64,000 nt of DNA from Candidatus Omnitrophota bacterium (GCA_043800555.1 JAZDMX010000002.1:668-64667), one strand, 5' to 3'; positions 28,123-37,055 are shown, numbered from the stretch's first letter. Notes: generated by a model not told the origin, from the letters alone. Numbers and translations are program-made.

Positions 28123-30276
28123 TTAAGGCCTGGCGAGAAAGCGCTTTCCATCCAAAACCGCCTCTCTTTCATTTATCCTTTGGCAGAAATAGGCCAGGTC
28201 ATTGCCAAAGGCGTAACCTTCTGCGGGCAAGACAAACTCGGCTACGTAATTTTCCCCGCCCTTATCTAACCGCGCGCCTAAATCATAAAAACGCTCCTGG
28301 GTAACCGCAAAATCTTTGTCCTCATAGCCTGCCGGCAGGAAATGCCAACGGCTGTAAGCGTCTAAAACCGCCAGATAATTCTCAAACAGGGACTTGACGC
28401 TTGAATCCCGGGTCAATCCCGAATTAATATTTTCGGCGTTAAAAAACCTCCGGGAATCAGCGGTATAGGTGAAAAGCTCTATTTTCCGGCTGTAATCCTG
28501 AAAGGCCTCGTCGAGATTCGGCCAATGGCTAAGGTACAAACAAGCTATTTCTTCGGCCCTTTTGGCCCCGGGCTCCAGGTTGCTCAAGATAACCAAACGG
28601 GTTTTTCCGGTAATGGCTGTCTTTAAAGCGCAGCCTCTTAAGATTACCTGCTTAGCGTTCCCGGAATTACGCAATTCCATCTCTATATCCGCGATAAAAA
28701 AATCCTTGCCCTGGCCTTCCAAGCGATAGGGCCGGAAATCTCCTATGCTCCTGACCTTGCGGCATTCGATAAACTGCCAGGGCCATACGCCAAAAATAAA
28801 AAGGTGTTTGCCGGCCTGGGATACAGGCAAAGTTTCCAACTCCTCGAGTTTGTTCCCGTGGATAGTCAGGCTGTTTACGCTATTTTCCTTTGCCTCAAGC
28901 CCGGCAAGAAGATTAAAAAATTCCTGCGAAGGCGAATCATAACCCGGGGCGTTAAAAAGGATAAGCGGGGCAGCCGTATTAAAAGATTTATTTATCCTCT
29001 TCTTTAAATCATGTAGCGGAGAGGAAAAATCATAAGGCATATACGGGCTTGACCAAACTGAATAGAATTGGCCGTCCAGGTAAAGAGTTGAACCGTCGGA
29101 TAAACTAACCTTTAGGCAACGGGCCTCGCGCAGAGCAAAATCCATAATGCGCCAGATACCCAGGCCGATTACCTTGATGTTTTCTATAGCGTCCAAACAG
29201 CCGTTTAGCTTATCTTCTAAAGATTTTTCTATTTTTCCCCGCAGTAAAGGCAGGTAAATAATACTCTCCGTTATGCCTTCAAAATCCCACCCGCTTTCTG
29301 GAAGCCGGTTTTTAATTTCCGCGGCAATTAATTTGCTTACGCCGAGAACGGAATCTACCGCCCTAAGCAATATGATGCCGGTATTTTCCAGTTGTAAAGG
29401 CCTATCGAATGTAAATATACTGGCCTCCTTGCCGGCCGGCTCTTTTGCCTCGCCTCCCATAGCTTGCCTGCCGGATTCTTCTTTGTCCCCGGCGCCGGCA
29501 TCTTCCTTGCGGGTAAGCTCTTCTTCTTGGGCTTTCCTGGCTGCTTCTGCCCGGGCCTTCTGCAATTCTTCCTCCCGGCGCTTAGCCTCTTCTTCTATCT
29601 GAAGCGCTTTTAACCTTTCGGCTTCGGCTTTGATTTTTTGTTCTGCCTCTTCCCGGGCCGCTCTTATTTCTTCCTGACGGCGTTCTTCTTCAAGAACGCG
29701 CTCTCTTTCCCGAACGATTTCTTCTTCCTGCCTGCGGATAGCTTTTTCCTCTGCTTCTTTCACCGGCCCACTGCCATCGATGGGCAAGGGGAGCAAAGTA
29801 ATCTGGCTAACGGGAATTTCCTGCCCGCCGGCAGGCAGGCTGCTTTGGGACTTATCATCCTCGAAATGTTTGGGGTTTTCCGAAGGCTGGGCTGTTACGG
29901 ATTTTGCCTCTGCTTTTTGGGATGATGCGTCTTCCAATAAAACAGGAAGCTTGGGCATAACAATGCGCTGCTTCTTCTGTTTGGGGGCCCTTCCAACAGG
30001 AGCGCTCAAACCAACCTCTTTTATAATCCTGTTTATGGCGGACTTAGACAAGGCTATTTTATAGTGATCCAGGGCTAAGGCGGTTAATTTACGGCAGCTT
30101 AAGGCAGGATTGGATTTCTTTTGCTCTATTATAAAATCCCTTATTTCCGGTTTTAGCTTATGCACTACACCCATATATCTCCTGACAATAGAAATTTTCT
30201 TATCGAAAATATCCCCTTGCAGCGGGCGTTGAAATGCCTGCCCTGCTGTAACTCGCTCCAGATTGGACATTTTCAA
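28123..30276 (-). CDS. HTH-domain protein with a long Glu/Arg/Lys-rich coiled-coil and an about 400-aa C-terminal domain of unknown function (possibly transposase-derived regulator)
   Basis: 717 aa; N-terminal …IIEQKKSNPALSCRKLTALALDHYKIALSKSAINRIIKEVGL (HTH-like). Charged heptad region EEKAIRRQEEEIVRERERVLEEERRQEEIRAAREEAEQKIKAEAERLKALQIEE…; no family recognised for the C-terminus. Confidence 0.5.
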   Translation of the reverse strand: MKMSNLERVTAGQAFQRPLQGDIFDKKISIVRRYMGVVHKLKPEIRDFIIEQKKSNPALSCRKLTALALDHYKIALSKSAINRIIKEVGLSAPVGRAPKQKKQRIVMPKLPVLLEDASSQKAEAKSVTAQPSENPKHFEDDKSQSSLPAGGQEIPVSQITLLPLPIDGSGPVKEAEEKAIRRQEEEIVRERERVLEEERRQEEIRAAREEAEQKIKAEAERLKALQIEEEAKRREEELQKARAEAARKAQEEELTRKEDAGAGDKEESGRQAMGGEAKEPAGKEASIFTFDRPLQLENTGIILLRAVDSVLGVSKLIAAEIKNRLPESGWDFEGITESIIYLPLLRGKIEKSLEDKLNGCLDAIENIKVIGLGIWRIMDFALREARCLKVSLSDGSTLYLDGQFYSVWSSPYMPYDFSSPLHDLKKRINKSFNTAAPLILFNAPGYDSPSQEFFNLLAGLEAKENSVNSLTIHGNKLEELETLPVSQAGKHLFIFGVWPWQFIECRKVRSIGDFRPYRLEGQGKDFFIADIEMELRNSGNAKQVILRGCALKTAITGKTRLVILSNLEPGAKRAEEIACLYLSHWPNLDEAFQDYSRKIELFTYTADSRRFFNAENINSGLTRDSSVKSLFENYLAVLDAYSRWHFLPAGYEDKDFAVTQERFYDLGARLDKGGENYVAEFVLPAEGYAFGNDLAYFCQRINEREAVLDGKRFLARP

Positions 30277-30353
30277 TCTTAATCACAGCTTAGCATAGAT
30301 TATAATTTTGTCAAGACAGGCTAGATTGGACATTTCAGCGTAAGGGAGGACGA

Positions 30354-30417
30354 GAAAAGGGGGACGTTTCTACTTTTCCGGCAGCGGGATCGAGAAAAGT
30401 AGAAACGTCCCCCTTTT
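30354..30417. repeat. Palindromic hairpin repeat, copy 3 (loop CGGCAGCGGGATCGA)
   Basis: Perfect 24-bp arms flanking a 15-nt loop; between the DUF192 gene stop and the HTH gene start. Confidence 0.9.
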
Positions 30418-30434
30418 CTGAAACGTTTCCCTTT

Positions 30435-30797
30435 TCACTCTAAGGTAATGTGATCGCCCACGGCTGTAAAGCTATCTTTGATTGCCCCGGAAGGAAGTTC
30501 AATGACATAATTGGCTTGGAAATATATCCTGGTGAATTTAAACGGCTTAATACCGGAAAGGGTTTGAATGACCTTATTATCCCTGCCCATAAATAAGGCA
30601 TCAATGGAAAATCGCATAAAGAACGTGTGGATGGAATTACAGGGTTTAATTATAAGGGCTTGGCTTTTATTAAAACTTTTCTTTCCTAACAGGCCTTTGA
30701 TCCTCTTAAGCGGGGAACCGGCAATAAAAACGTCGCCGGCTACAACTGTATTCCGGGTTTTATTAATCAGGCGCATAGAGTTAATAGGAAGATACAA
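30435..30797 (-). CDS. DUF192 (COG1430) family protein
   Basis: 120 aa; …IIKPCNSIHTFFMRFSIDALFMGRDNKVIQ… matches the conserved core of DUF192. Confidence 0.6.
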   Translation of the reverse strand: MYLPINSMRLINKTRNTVVAGDVFIAGSPLKRIKGLLGKKSFNKSQALIIKPCNSIHTFFMRFSIDALFMGRDNKVIQTLSGIKPFKFTRIYFQANYVIELPSGAIKDSFTAVGDHITLE

Positions 30798-30818
30798 CCG
30801 AAAAAACCGCCGCTATCC

Positions 30819-32981
30819 CTATTTATTGGGCTTACTGGGTTTGAATATTTCTTCCGAGACCACGATGCCGCGCACCCGGATCTCGTCGAGAAAAGAAGGC
30901 TTGTATCCGGTGGCGGTAAAATACCCGTGCACCTTGCCCTGGGCGTCCACCCCGGTCTGCTTAAAGACGAATATATCGTTAAGAATAATGTGCAACTCGT
31001 CTTTCATCCCGGTAATTTCAGATACAGCCATGATTTTACGCGAGCCGTCGGATAACCGGGCCGTATGGACTATTATGTCGACGGCAGAGGCGATCATTTC
31101 GCGTATGGCCCTGACCGGGAGCTCTACTCCCGACATAAGGATCATGGAATCCAGCCGGGACAAAACATCATAGGTGGAATTGGCGTGAATGGTGGTCATC
31201 GAACCGTCGTGGCCGGTATTCATTGCCTGAAGCATATCCAGAGACTCTGTCCCGCGGCATTCGCCGACGATAATCCTGTCCGGGCGCATGCGCAGGGTAT
31301 TGCGGAAAAGGTCTTTTATGGCAACCGCGCCCTTGCCCTCGATGTTCGGCGGACGGCTCTCCAATCTTACCCAATGCTCCTGGTTTAGTTTTAATTCGGC
31401 GGCATCCTCTAAGGTTATGATCCTCTCGTTATTGGGGATATGCTCGGAGAGGGCGTTAAGCACGGTGGTTTTGCCGGAGCCGGTGCCGCCGGAAACAATC
31501 ATGTTCTTACGGCATAGAACGCAAGTCATGATAAAATCCGCCATTTCCTGCGTAAGCGCGCCCAAAGCAATCAGGTCTTTCGTCTTATACCTCTCCTTGC
31601 GGAATTTCCTGATTGTTAACGTCGGGCCTGTTAAGGCAAGCGGCGGGATAATCGCGTTTACGCGCGAGCCATCGGCAAGGCGGGCGTCAACCATAGGCAC
31701 AGATTCATCGATACGCCTTCCGATAGGGGCGATTATGCGTTCGATGATCGTGCGGACCTGCTCGTTAGAGATGAATTTCTTGCTGGTTGGCTCGATCCTG
31801 CCGTGTTTTTCGACAAAGATTTCATCTTTGTTATTAACCATAATATCGGTGATATCCGTATCGGCCAAAAGGTCCTCTAAGGGCCCCAGCCCCAGGGCTT
31901 CATCAAGTATTTCTTTAACAAGCTTTTTCCTGTCGTCCTGGGAAGGGATAAAACTTCCCGCTTCTTCCAGCAAAAGATTAGCTACGGTAATTTCCGCCCT
32001 GTCTCTTAATTCTTTGGTTTTCTTGTAGTCGCTGAAGACATTCAGGTTCATTAACTTGATATTCATGCCGTCGAGAAGGCGGCTATGTATTTTCCTCTTA
32101 AGGGCCAAAACTTCATCCCTGTCTTCTGAACTCGGCTCAACCACCGTATCAGTCAGGCCCTGCTCTTGCCAAAATTGCCCCGGTTTTTCCAACCCGCTAG
32201 ACTTTAAAGCAATTTCATCGAGGTTCTTCCTGTCTACGAATAAATTTTTGTTCGCGCAAAGCGCGCGGGCCAATCCTATAATCGACTGCGCTACCCGCGA
32301 ATGCGGCGCATCGATAACAACCGGCACTCCCCGGTTCACCGCCTGGTTTACTACTCTTCCGTCGGAAGGGATCCTCTCAATTATTTCCAAAGGGATGTTA
32401 TTGCGGATCTCCTGCCAGCTTATGCTCGAGGAGGACTCTGCCCGGTTAAGCACAAGCCTTATCATGTTCAAAGGAAAATGCAGCACCTGCAGGGTATCCA
32501 GCATCCATTTAGTCTGATACACCGAAAGCACGTCCGGAGTAACCATCAAAAGCATTAAATTCGCCTGATTTAAAGCGGAGAGGAAAACGTTGTTAAAGCT
32601 CTCTCCCGCGTCGGAGATTATATAATCGTAATCTTTATCCAGAAAAGAAAAGACTTCCTGGATCATTTCCGGGTGCAGGTGCGCCGCCTGTTGCGGCCTC
32701 AAAATACCCGTCAGGAAATCCACGCTATAAAGGTTGGTCTTAACGACAAAATCCTCTTTTTTGGTCTTTTGCGGCTGTTTTTGCAGGAAGCCCATAAGGT
32801 CGGCTATTGATTTCTGCGGGCTGAGGTTAAGCATATGCGCCATGTCTCCGACCACATGGGTATCCAGGTCAATAAGGCAAACCCGGTTGCCTTCGGCGGC
32901 AAGAGCCACCGCCAGGCTGGAAGTAATCAGCGTCTTGCCTGTCCCGCCTTTAGTGCTGAATATTACTATTCTTTTGGCCAT
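30819..32981 (-). CDS. cpaF: Fusion of a CpaE/TadZ-like ParA/MinD ATPase domain (N-terminal) with the CpaF/TadA secretion ATPase (C-terminal)
   Basis: 720 aa; N-term MAKRIVIFSTKGGTGKTLITSSLAVALAAEGNRVCLIDLD (deviant Walker A of ParA/MinD). C-term …MIVSGGTGSGKTTVLNALS…RIITLEDAAEL…GHDGSMTTIHANS… (VirB11/CpaF family). Confidence 0.8.
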   Translation of the reverse strand: MAKRIVIFSTKGGTGKTLITSSLAVALAAEGNRVCLIDLDTHVVGDMAHMLNLSPQKSIADLMGFLQKQPQKTKKEDFVVKTNLYSVDFLTGILRPQQAAHLHPEMIQEVFSFLDKDYDYIISDAGESFNNVFLSALNQANLMLLMVTPDVLSVYQTKWMLDTLQVLHFPLNMIRLVLNRAESSSSISWQEIRNNIPLEIIERIPSDGRVVNQAVNRGVPVVIDAPHSRVAQSIIGLARALCANKNLFVDRKNLDEIALKSSGLEKPGQFWQEQGLTDTVVEPSSEDRDEVLALKRKIHSRLLDGMNIKLMNLNVFSDYKKTKELRDRAEITVANLLLEEAGSFIPSQDDRKKLVKEILDEALGLGPLEDLLADTDITDIMVNNKDEIFVEKHGRIEPTSKKFISNEQVRTIIERIIAPIGRRIDESVPMVDARLADGSRVNAIIPPLALTGPTLTIRKFRKERYKTKDLIALGALTQEMADFIMTCVLCRKNMIVSGGTGSGKTTVLNALSEHIPNNERIITLEDAAELKLNQEHWVRLESRPPNIEGKGAVAIKDLFRNTLRMRPDRIIVGECRGTESLDMLQAMNTGHDGSMTTIHANSTYDVLSRLDSMILMSGVELPVRAIREMIASAVDIIVHTARLSDGSRKIMAVSEITGMKDELHIILNDIFVFKQTGVDAQGKVHGYFTATGYKPSFLDEIRVRGIVVSEEIFKPSKPNK

Positions 32982-32982
32982 G

Positions 32983-34617
32983 CTATTCCAATTGATAAAT
33001 AATGGGAATGTCTATCCAAAGATCATTTTCTTTTATTGCGGGAGGAAACGGGGGATACGGCGCTATTTTTCGAGCCGCGCTTAAAGCGTCATCGTCGAGC
33101 ATGCGGGACATTGAAGATTCCTTGATTTTCGAATCCAGCAATTCCCCCTGATAAGAAAGCCTGAGGCTCAACTTTACCGTGCCCTGCAAACCCAGTTGCC
33201 TGGCTTCGGACGGATAAGAAAGATTATCCAGTATCTTTCTCTGGATTATTTTACAATAGTTTAAAACCGGATCCTGCTCCTTGTCGTTAACGGCCAAAGG
33301 GGCATCCGCCGCAGGCGCCTTTTCTATTGCCTCTTCTTGCGGCTTTTGAGGGTAAACGATTCTCGGCGTAAGCGTAATAAATAATTCTGTATCGGTTAAA
33401 TTATCGGTGTCGGAATTCCAGCCCTGCTGGGTTGTTTTTTGCCTGAAGATGGCCCCTAAAACAGGGATCTCGGAAAGCCAGGGGACCCGGCGCAGTGTCT
33501 CTTTATTCTTCTTTTTAATTAAGCCTCCGATGGCCATGGTCTCGCCGTCGTTAAGGAATAACTCGGTGGTCGCGGTGCGCTTAGTCATTTTATACGCCAA
33601 GGCATAAGTAGTCTCCACCTGGTCCCCTAATTCGCTGACCACGACATTCAGGTTAAGGTGGACACGGCCAGAATCTTCGAGCCTGGGGTTTATGCTAAGG
33701 ATTATCCCGTATTCTTTATACTCGACAGTCCCTCCCGTGGTTGCGCCAACCGAGCTAGAGCCGCTTGTGCCCGGGGTGACTGTGCCGCTTAAAACCGGGA
33801 CTTCCCCTCCGACAACCAACTTTGCTTCTTTACCGCTCTGGCAGGAAAGCCTGGGCCGGGAAAGTATTCTCGCCTTGCCCTCCTGTATTAAGGCGTCTAA
33901 TTTCAACGTAAATGGGTTTGCTGTCCCGTCTACTGAACGGGCAACATTAGAAACGTGGAAAACCTTGCCCCAGGTTGTGCCTCCGGCAGAAAGGGCGGCA
34001 GAGCCGACTTCGGTAAAAGTAACTGAACCCGGCCAGGTAAATCCCAGGTCATTCTCATGCCCGCTATTTATTTCGATTACCTGGACATCGATCTCCAGGC
34101 TTGCCTCCTCCTCTTTTACCACTATTAAATCAACCGCTTTTTCTTTGAGCGGCCCCAAAGCGATAGCGATCCTGTCTTTATCTTTAGGGGATTTTATGCT
34201 TCCCAACAGCATTACCTTTCCTTCTTCATCTTCGGCTTTAGTATTTACGCCGGATATACCGAGTTTGGACAATATATTATCTATCCGGCGCTTGATCGCT
34301 CCGGTATCTTCCGCATAAACTTTTATCCGGTAAGACTGTTCCCCGAAATTATCCCAAACAGTCAGGGTGGCCGTGCCGGCGGATTTAGGATTAAGCGTTA
34401 TCTCGGATTTACTGACGCTAACGACATCGGCGACCGCGGGCTTGCTGATAGAAACGCGCATAGGATTGCTCACCGGCACTATCTGGATCTCTCCGACAAA
34501 ACACTTCAATTCTTCAGCCGATGCGTCAATCGAATAAACCTTAAAAGGCATGATAATAACCGAAGCAATTACGAATATAAGGCCGGTAAGTAATCTTTTC
34601 ATTTTCCTCGCTCTCAT
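32983..34617 (-). CDS. cpaC: CpaC/RcpA-type secretin with an appended C-terminal TonB-C-like domain
   Basis: 544 aa; signal peptide. Secretin core …ARILSRPRLSCQSGKEAKLVVGGEVPVLSGTV…EYKEYGIILSINPRL… The last about 90 aa (…NYCKIIQRKILDNLSYPSEARQLGLQGTVKLSLRLSYQGELLDSKIKESSMSRMLDDDALSAARKIAPYPPFP…) match the TonB C-terminal consensus (YP..A…G.V.v.f.i…G.v…v..SSG…LD.aAl.av). Confidence 0.7.
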   Translation of the reverse strand: MRARKMKRLLTGLIFVIASVIIMPFKVYSIDASAEELKCFVGEIQIVPVSNPMRVSISKPAVADVVSVSKSEITLNPKSAGTATLTVWDNFGEQSYRIKVYAEDTGAIKRRIDNILSKLGISGVNTKAEDEEGKVMLLGSIKSPKDKDRIAIALGPLKEKAVDLIVVKEEEASLEIDVQVIEINSGHENDLGFTWPGSVTFTEVGSAALSAGGTTWGKVFHVSNVARSVDGTANPFTLKLDALIQEGKARILSRPRLSCQSGKEAKLVVGGEVPVLSGTVTPGTSGSSSVGATTGGTVEYKEYGIILSINPRLEDSGRVHLNLNVVVSELGDQVETTYALAYKMTKRTATTELFLNDGETMAIGGLIKKKNKETLRRVPWLSEIPVLGAIFRQKTTQQGWNSDTDNLTDTELFITLTPRIVYPQKPQEEAIEKAPAADAPLAVNDKEQDPVLNYCKIIQRKILDNLSYPSEARQLGLQGTVKLSLRLSYQGELLDSKIKESSMSRMLDDDALSAARKIAPYPPFPPAIKENDLWIDIPIIYQLE

Positions 34618-35537
34618 TTAGATATCGGGATTCTTTCTTTATTCGCCCCGCGGTAAATTTCTATCGTATCCGCCGAAGATTGCTCTTCTTTCTTTTCATG
34701 GCCTGCTGCCGGGTTTAACCCGGAATTGGCGTCTTGAGACTGCGGCATAATATACTGAAAGAGCGTATTCAGGTTAGCCGGCATAATCGGTTCGACTCTT
34801 GCATCTGCCGGAGAGCGCAGGGTAAAACGAATTTTACCCTGTTCCTGCACAAAGGCGATAAAACTGGATTCCTGGGGGGATAACGCCAAAGTAACTAAAA
34901 CCGTCCCGCCGGAGATAGGGGCTTCTTCTCTGGTGCGGCTGTGCTGGCTTACAGGGGCTCCGGTATTCTGGCCTACAGCCAAAACCAAGACATTTTGGAA
35001 TAACGGTATTACCGCTATTTGAGAGCCTTGCTGGCCGTCAGCGCCCTGGACCGGTATCTGAATCGTCGCGATAACATCCACATAATCCCCCGGTTTTACC
35101 ATGCCTGCCACAGAAGCTATATTATCAACCGCGACTGAAATCGCCCGCTTTCCTGCCGGGGTTATGCCGGCTAGATCTCCGCCGGCCTGCTTTACGTTAG
35201 CTAACTTCGAGAGGGTCACTTGCTCTCCCTTGGAAATAGGCGCCACGGTGACCATGCCGGAGACCCTGCTTAACGAAGTAACTGCCTGCGGCTGGACAAA
35301 TTTATTCGGCACAACAGCGGTATCTAGCGGCGCGGACTCTATATACGTGCCTTTAGGTATATCCTGCTTTGCCACTAAAACGGCGCTTTGATTGCTCTGG
35401 ATATTGGCAATCGCCCTTCTGGCCTCTTCCCGGGAGGCCTGCTGCTGATGATCCAGGTAGACCTTGACCATGACAATCGCCAATAACCCCAAAGCCACTC
35501 CGGCAATAAGTACAATTTTTTGTTTTTCAATAGGCAC
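34614..35537 (-). CDS. cpaB: Flp pilus assembly protein CpaB/RcpC
   Basis: 307 aa; N-terminal TM (IVLIAGVALGLLAIVMV), then a SAF-like region; adjacent to the secretin. Confidence 0.65.
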   Translation of the reverse strand: MPIEKQKIVLIAGVALGLLAIVMVKVYLDHQQQASREEARRAIANIQSNQSAVLVAKQDIPKGTYIESAPLDTAVVPNKFVQPQAVTSLSRVSGMVTVAPISKGEQVTLSKLANVKQAGGDLAGITPAGKRAISVAVDNIASVAGMVKPGDYVDVIATIQIPVQGADGQQGSQIAVIPLFQNVLVLAVGQNTGAPVSQHSRTREEAPISGGTVLVTLALSPQESSFIAFVQEQGKIRFTLRSPADARVEPIMPANLNTLFQYIMPQSQDANSGLNPAAGHEKKEEQSSADTIEIYRGANKERIPISK

Positions 35538-36448
35538 TATTTTATCTCTCCTTCGTTTATTTCAATTTTAGCTTCGCGGGAAAGCTTGCCGATTAGGTCC
35601 TCTACAACTTGCTGTTGCTTCAAAAAGGTAAGGCCGCGTTTTATATCATCCCACATATCGGAAAGCGACTTCTGTTTTCCTCCGTGCTTGAGCTCCAGCT
35701 TGATAATATAATACCCGTCGGGGCCCTTAAAAATACTGCTGATTTTTCCCAGCTCCAGGGAATCGGAGAAAGCTACTGCGTCAAACTGGGCGGGTTTCTG
35801 GCCTTTCTTGATGAAACCCAGGTCTCCGCCGTTTTTTGCGCTGGATGAAATCGAGCGTTCTTTGGCTAAAGTGGCAAAGTCCGCGCCCTGCAGCAGCTGG
35901 ATCATTATATCTTTGGCGTCCTGCTCGGTGGGAACGACAATTTCCCGTATCTGCCTTTCCTCGGGTTCTTTGAGCTGTTCTTTATAAGTATTATAATAAT
36001 CCTCTATCTCCTTGGAAGAGACGTCGACTTTCTGAGTAACGTCTTTAATCAACTGCAGGACTAACAGGTCCATCTTGGTTTTTTCCAGGGCCCGCAGGAC
36101 ATCTTCATTCCTGTCCAGGCCTTTATCCAAAGCATCCTGGTATAAGAGGGTCCGGCGGATTACTTCATTCTTAAGGTAAGCGATTTTCTGTTCGCGCGTG
36201 GTTACTTTAAGCTCGGGTTTATCGGCGGGCACATTGGCGTTGTAAAGATCGACCTCCTGGTTAAAATCATCCAGGCCTATCGAGATATTATTGACTTTGG
36301 CAACTATCGGGCCTTTTGGCTGGGCAGTCAAGGCGGGAATTTTTATTTCTACCTTACGCCCCCCGACCATTGAGTTAATCTTATTGCATCCTACAATAAC
36401 GCTAAAGAATAAACCTAAAACCGCCCACAAAATAATATTGCGTTTCAA
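35537..36448 (-). CDS. Parvulin-type peptidyl-prolyl isomerase lipoprotein (PrsA/SurA-like)
   Basis: 303 aa; lipoprotein signal (…FSVIVGC). PpiC domain …AKNGGDLGFIKKGQKPAQFDAVAFSDSLELGKISSIFKGPDGYYIIKLE. Confidence 0.7.
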   Translation of the reverse strand: MKRNIILWAVLGLFFSVIVGCNKINSMVGGRKVEIKIPALTAQPKGPIVAKVNNISIGLDDFNQEVDLYNANVPADKPELKVTTREQKIAYLKNEVIRRTLLYQDALDKGLDRNEDVLRALEKTKMDLLVLQLIKDVTQKVDVSSKEIEDYYNTYKEQLKEPEERQIREIVVPTEQDAKDIMIQLLQGADFATLAKERSISSSAKNGGDLGFIKKGQKPAQFDAVAFSDSLELGKISSIFKGPDGYYIIKLELKHGGKQKSLSDMWDDIKRGLTFLKQQQVVEDLIGKLSREAKIEINEGEIK

Positions 36449-36523
36449 TCTTTACCTCCTCGATTCTCCAGGCTTACTCCCGGGAATGTATCCCGGGTTT
36501 TAGCCAGGGGACTAAAAAACTGC

Positions 36524-36769
36524 CTACTCTTTCTTGATTTCTTTTATGATCAGGCTCAATAATTCGGCGATCTTGGCGATAAGAAAAAGAAAAAAGAAAA
36601 AAAAGGTATAAACTACCAGCACAACGGCCCCCGTCCAGCGGGAATTCCCGGGCGAGGCTCCAAAAATAATCGAAACCCCTCCTACGACCCCAAAAAAAAG
36701 AAAAATCCAGGCAGCGATTTTTACCACCGTGCTGGATGTTTTTAGGAAACTCAGGTGTTCGCGCATCAA
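36524..36769 (-). CDS. Small hypothetical membrane protein (81 aa, two TM segments)
   Basis: Hydrophobic ORF; no family recognised. Confidence 0.35.
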   Translation of the reverse strand: MMREHLSFLKTSSTVVKIAAWIFLFFGVVGGVSIIFGASPGNSRWTGAVVLVVYTFFFFFLFLIAKIAELLSLIIKEIKKE

Positions 36770-36833
36770 ACCTCCTTGTTATTGTATTTTTTTATCATAA
36801 AGCGCGCTAAATAGCAAGAGAAATCTTCATTTT

Positions 36834-36906
36834 GAAAAAAAGGGGGACGTTTCTACTTTTCTCGAGCCCGATTGCTGGAAAAGTGGAAACGTCCCCCTTT
36901 TTTTCA
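36834..36906. repeat. Palindromic hairpin repeat, copy 4 (loop TCGAGCCCGATTGCTG, opposite loop orientation; one mismatch in the right arm)
   Basis: GAAAAAAAGGGGGACGTTTCTACTTTTC … GAAAAGTGGAAACGTCCCCCTTTTTTTC. Confidence 0.9.
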
Positions 36907-36980
36907 TCGGGCTTCACTTTGCGGTGCTTATTATAAAATTCTGCGCCGCCAGGCGCAAAGCCTGCCTGGCGAAACATAAA

Positions 36981-37055
36981 TAGCCCCAACCGGATTTGAA
37001 CCGGTGTTTATTGGCTGAGAACCAAGCGTCCTAGGCCGGGCTAGACGATGGGGCC
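36981..37055 (-). tRNA. tRNA-Glu (anticodon CUC)
   Basis: Reverse complement GGCCCCAUCGUCUAGCCCGGCCUAGGACGCUUGGUUCUCAGCCAAUAAACACCGGUUCAAAUCCGGUUGGGGCUA folds as a cloverleaf (acceptor GGCCCCA/UGGGGCU, T-loop UUCAAAU, anticodon loop UUCUCAG). D-arm resembles bacterial tRNA-Glu. No encoded CCA. Confidence 0.8.

Noticed and set aside
28123-30276. Considered calling the HTH/coiled-coil gene an IS transposase (mobile element)
   Set aside because: No terminal inverted repeats at both ends and no recognisable DDE triad. The nearby AGATTGGACATT copies are direct, not inverted. It is left as a hypothetical regulator.
31288-34318. Plus-strand ORFs 31288..32028, 32056..32517 and 33692..34318 (150-250 aa)
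   Set aside because: Antisense to cpaE/F and the secretin, which have strong motif support; no motifs of their own.
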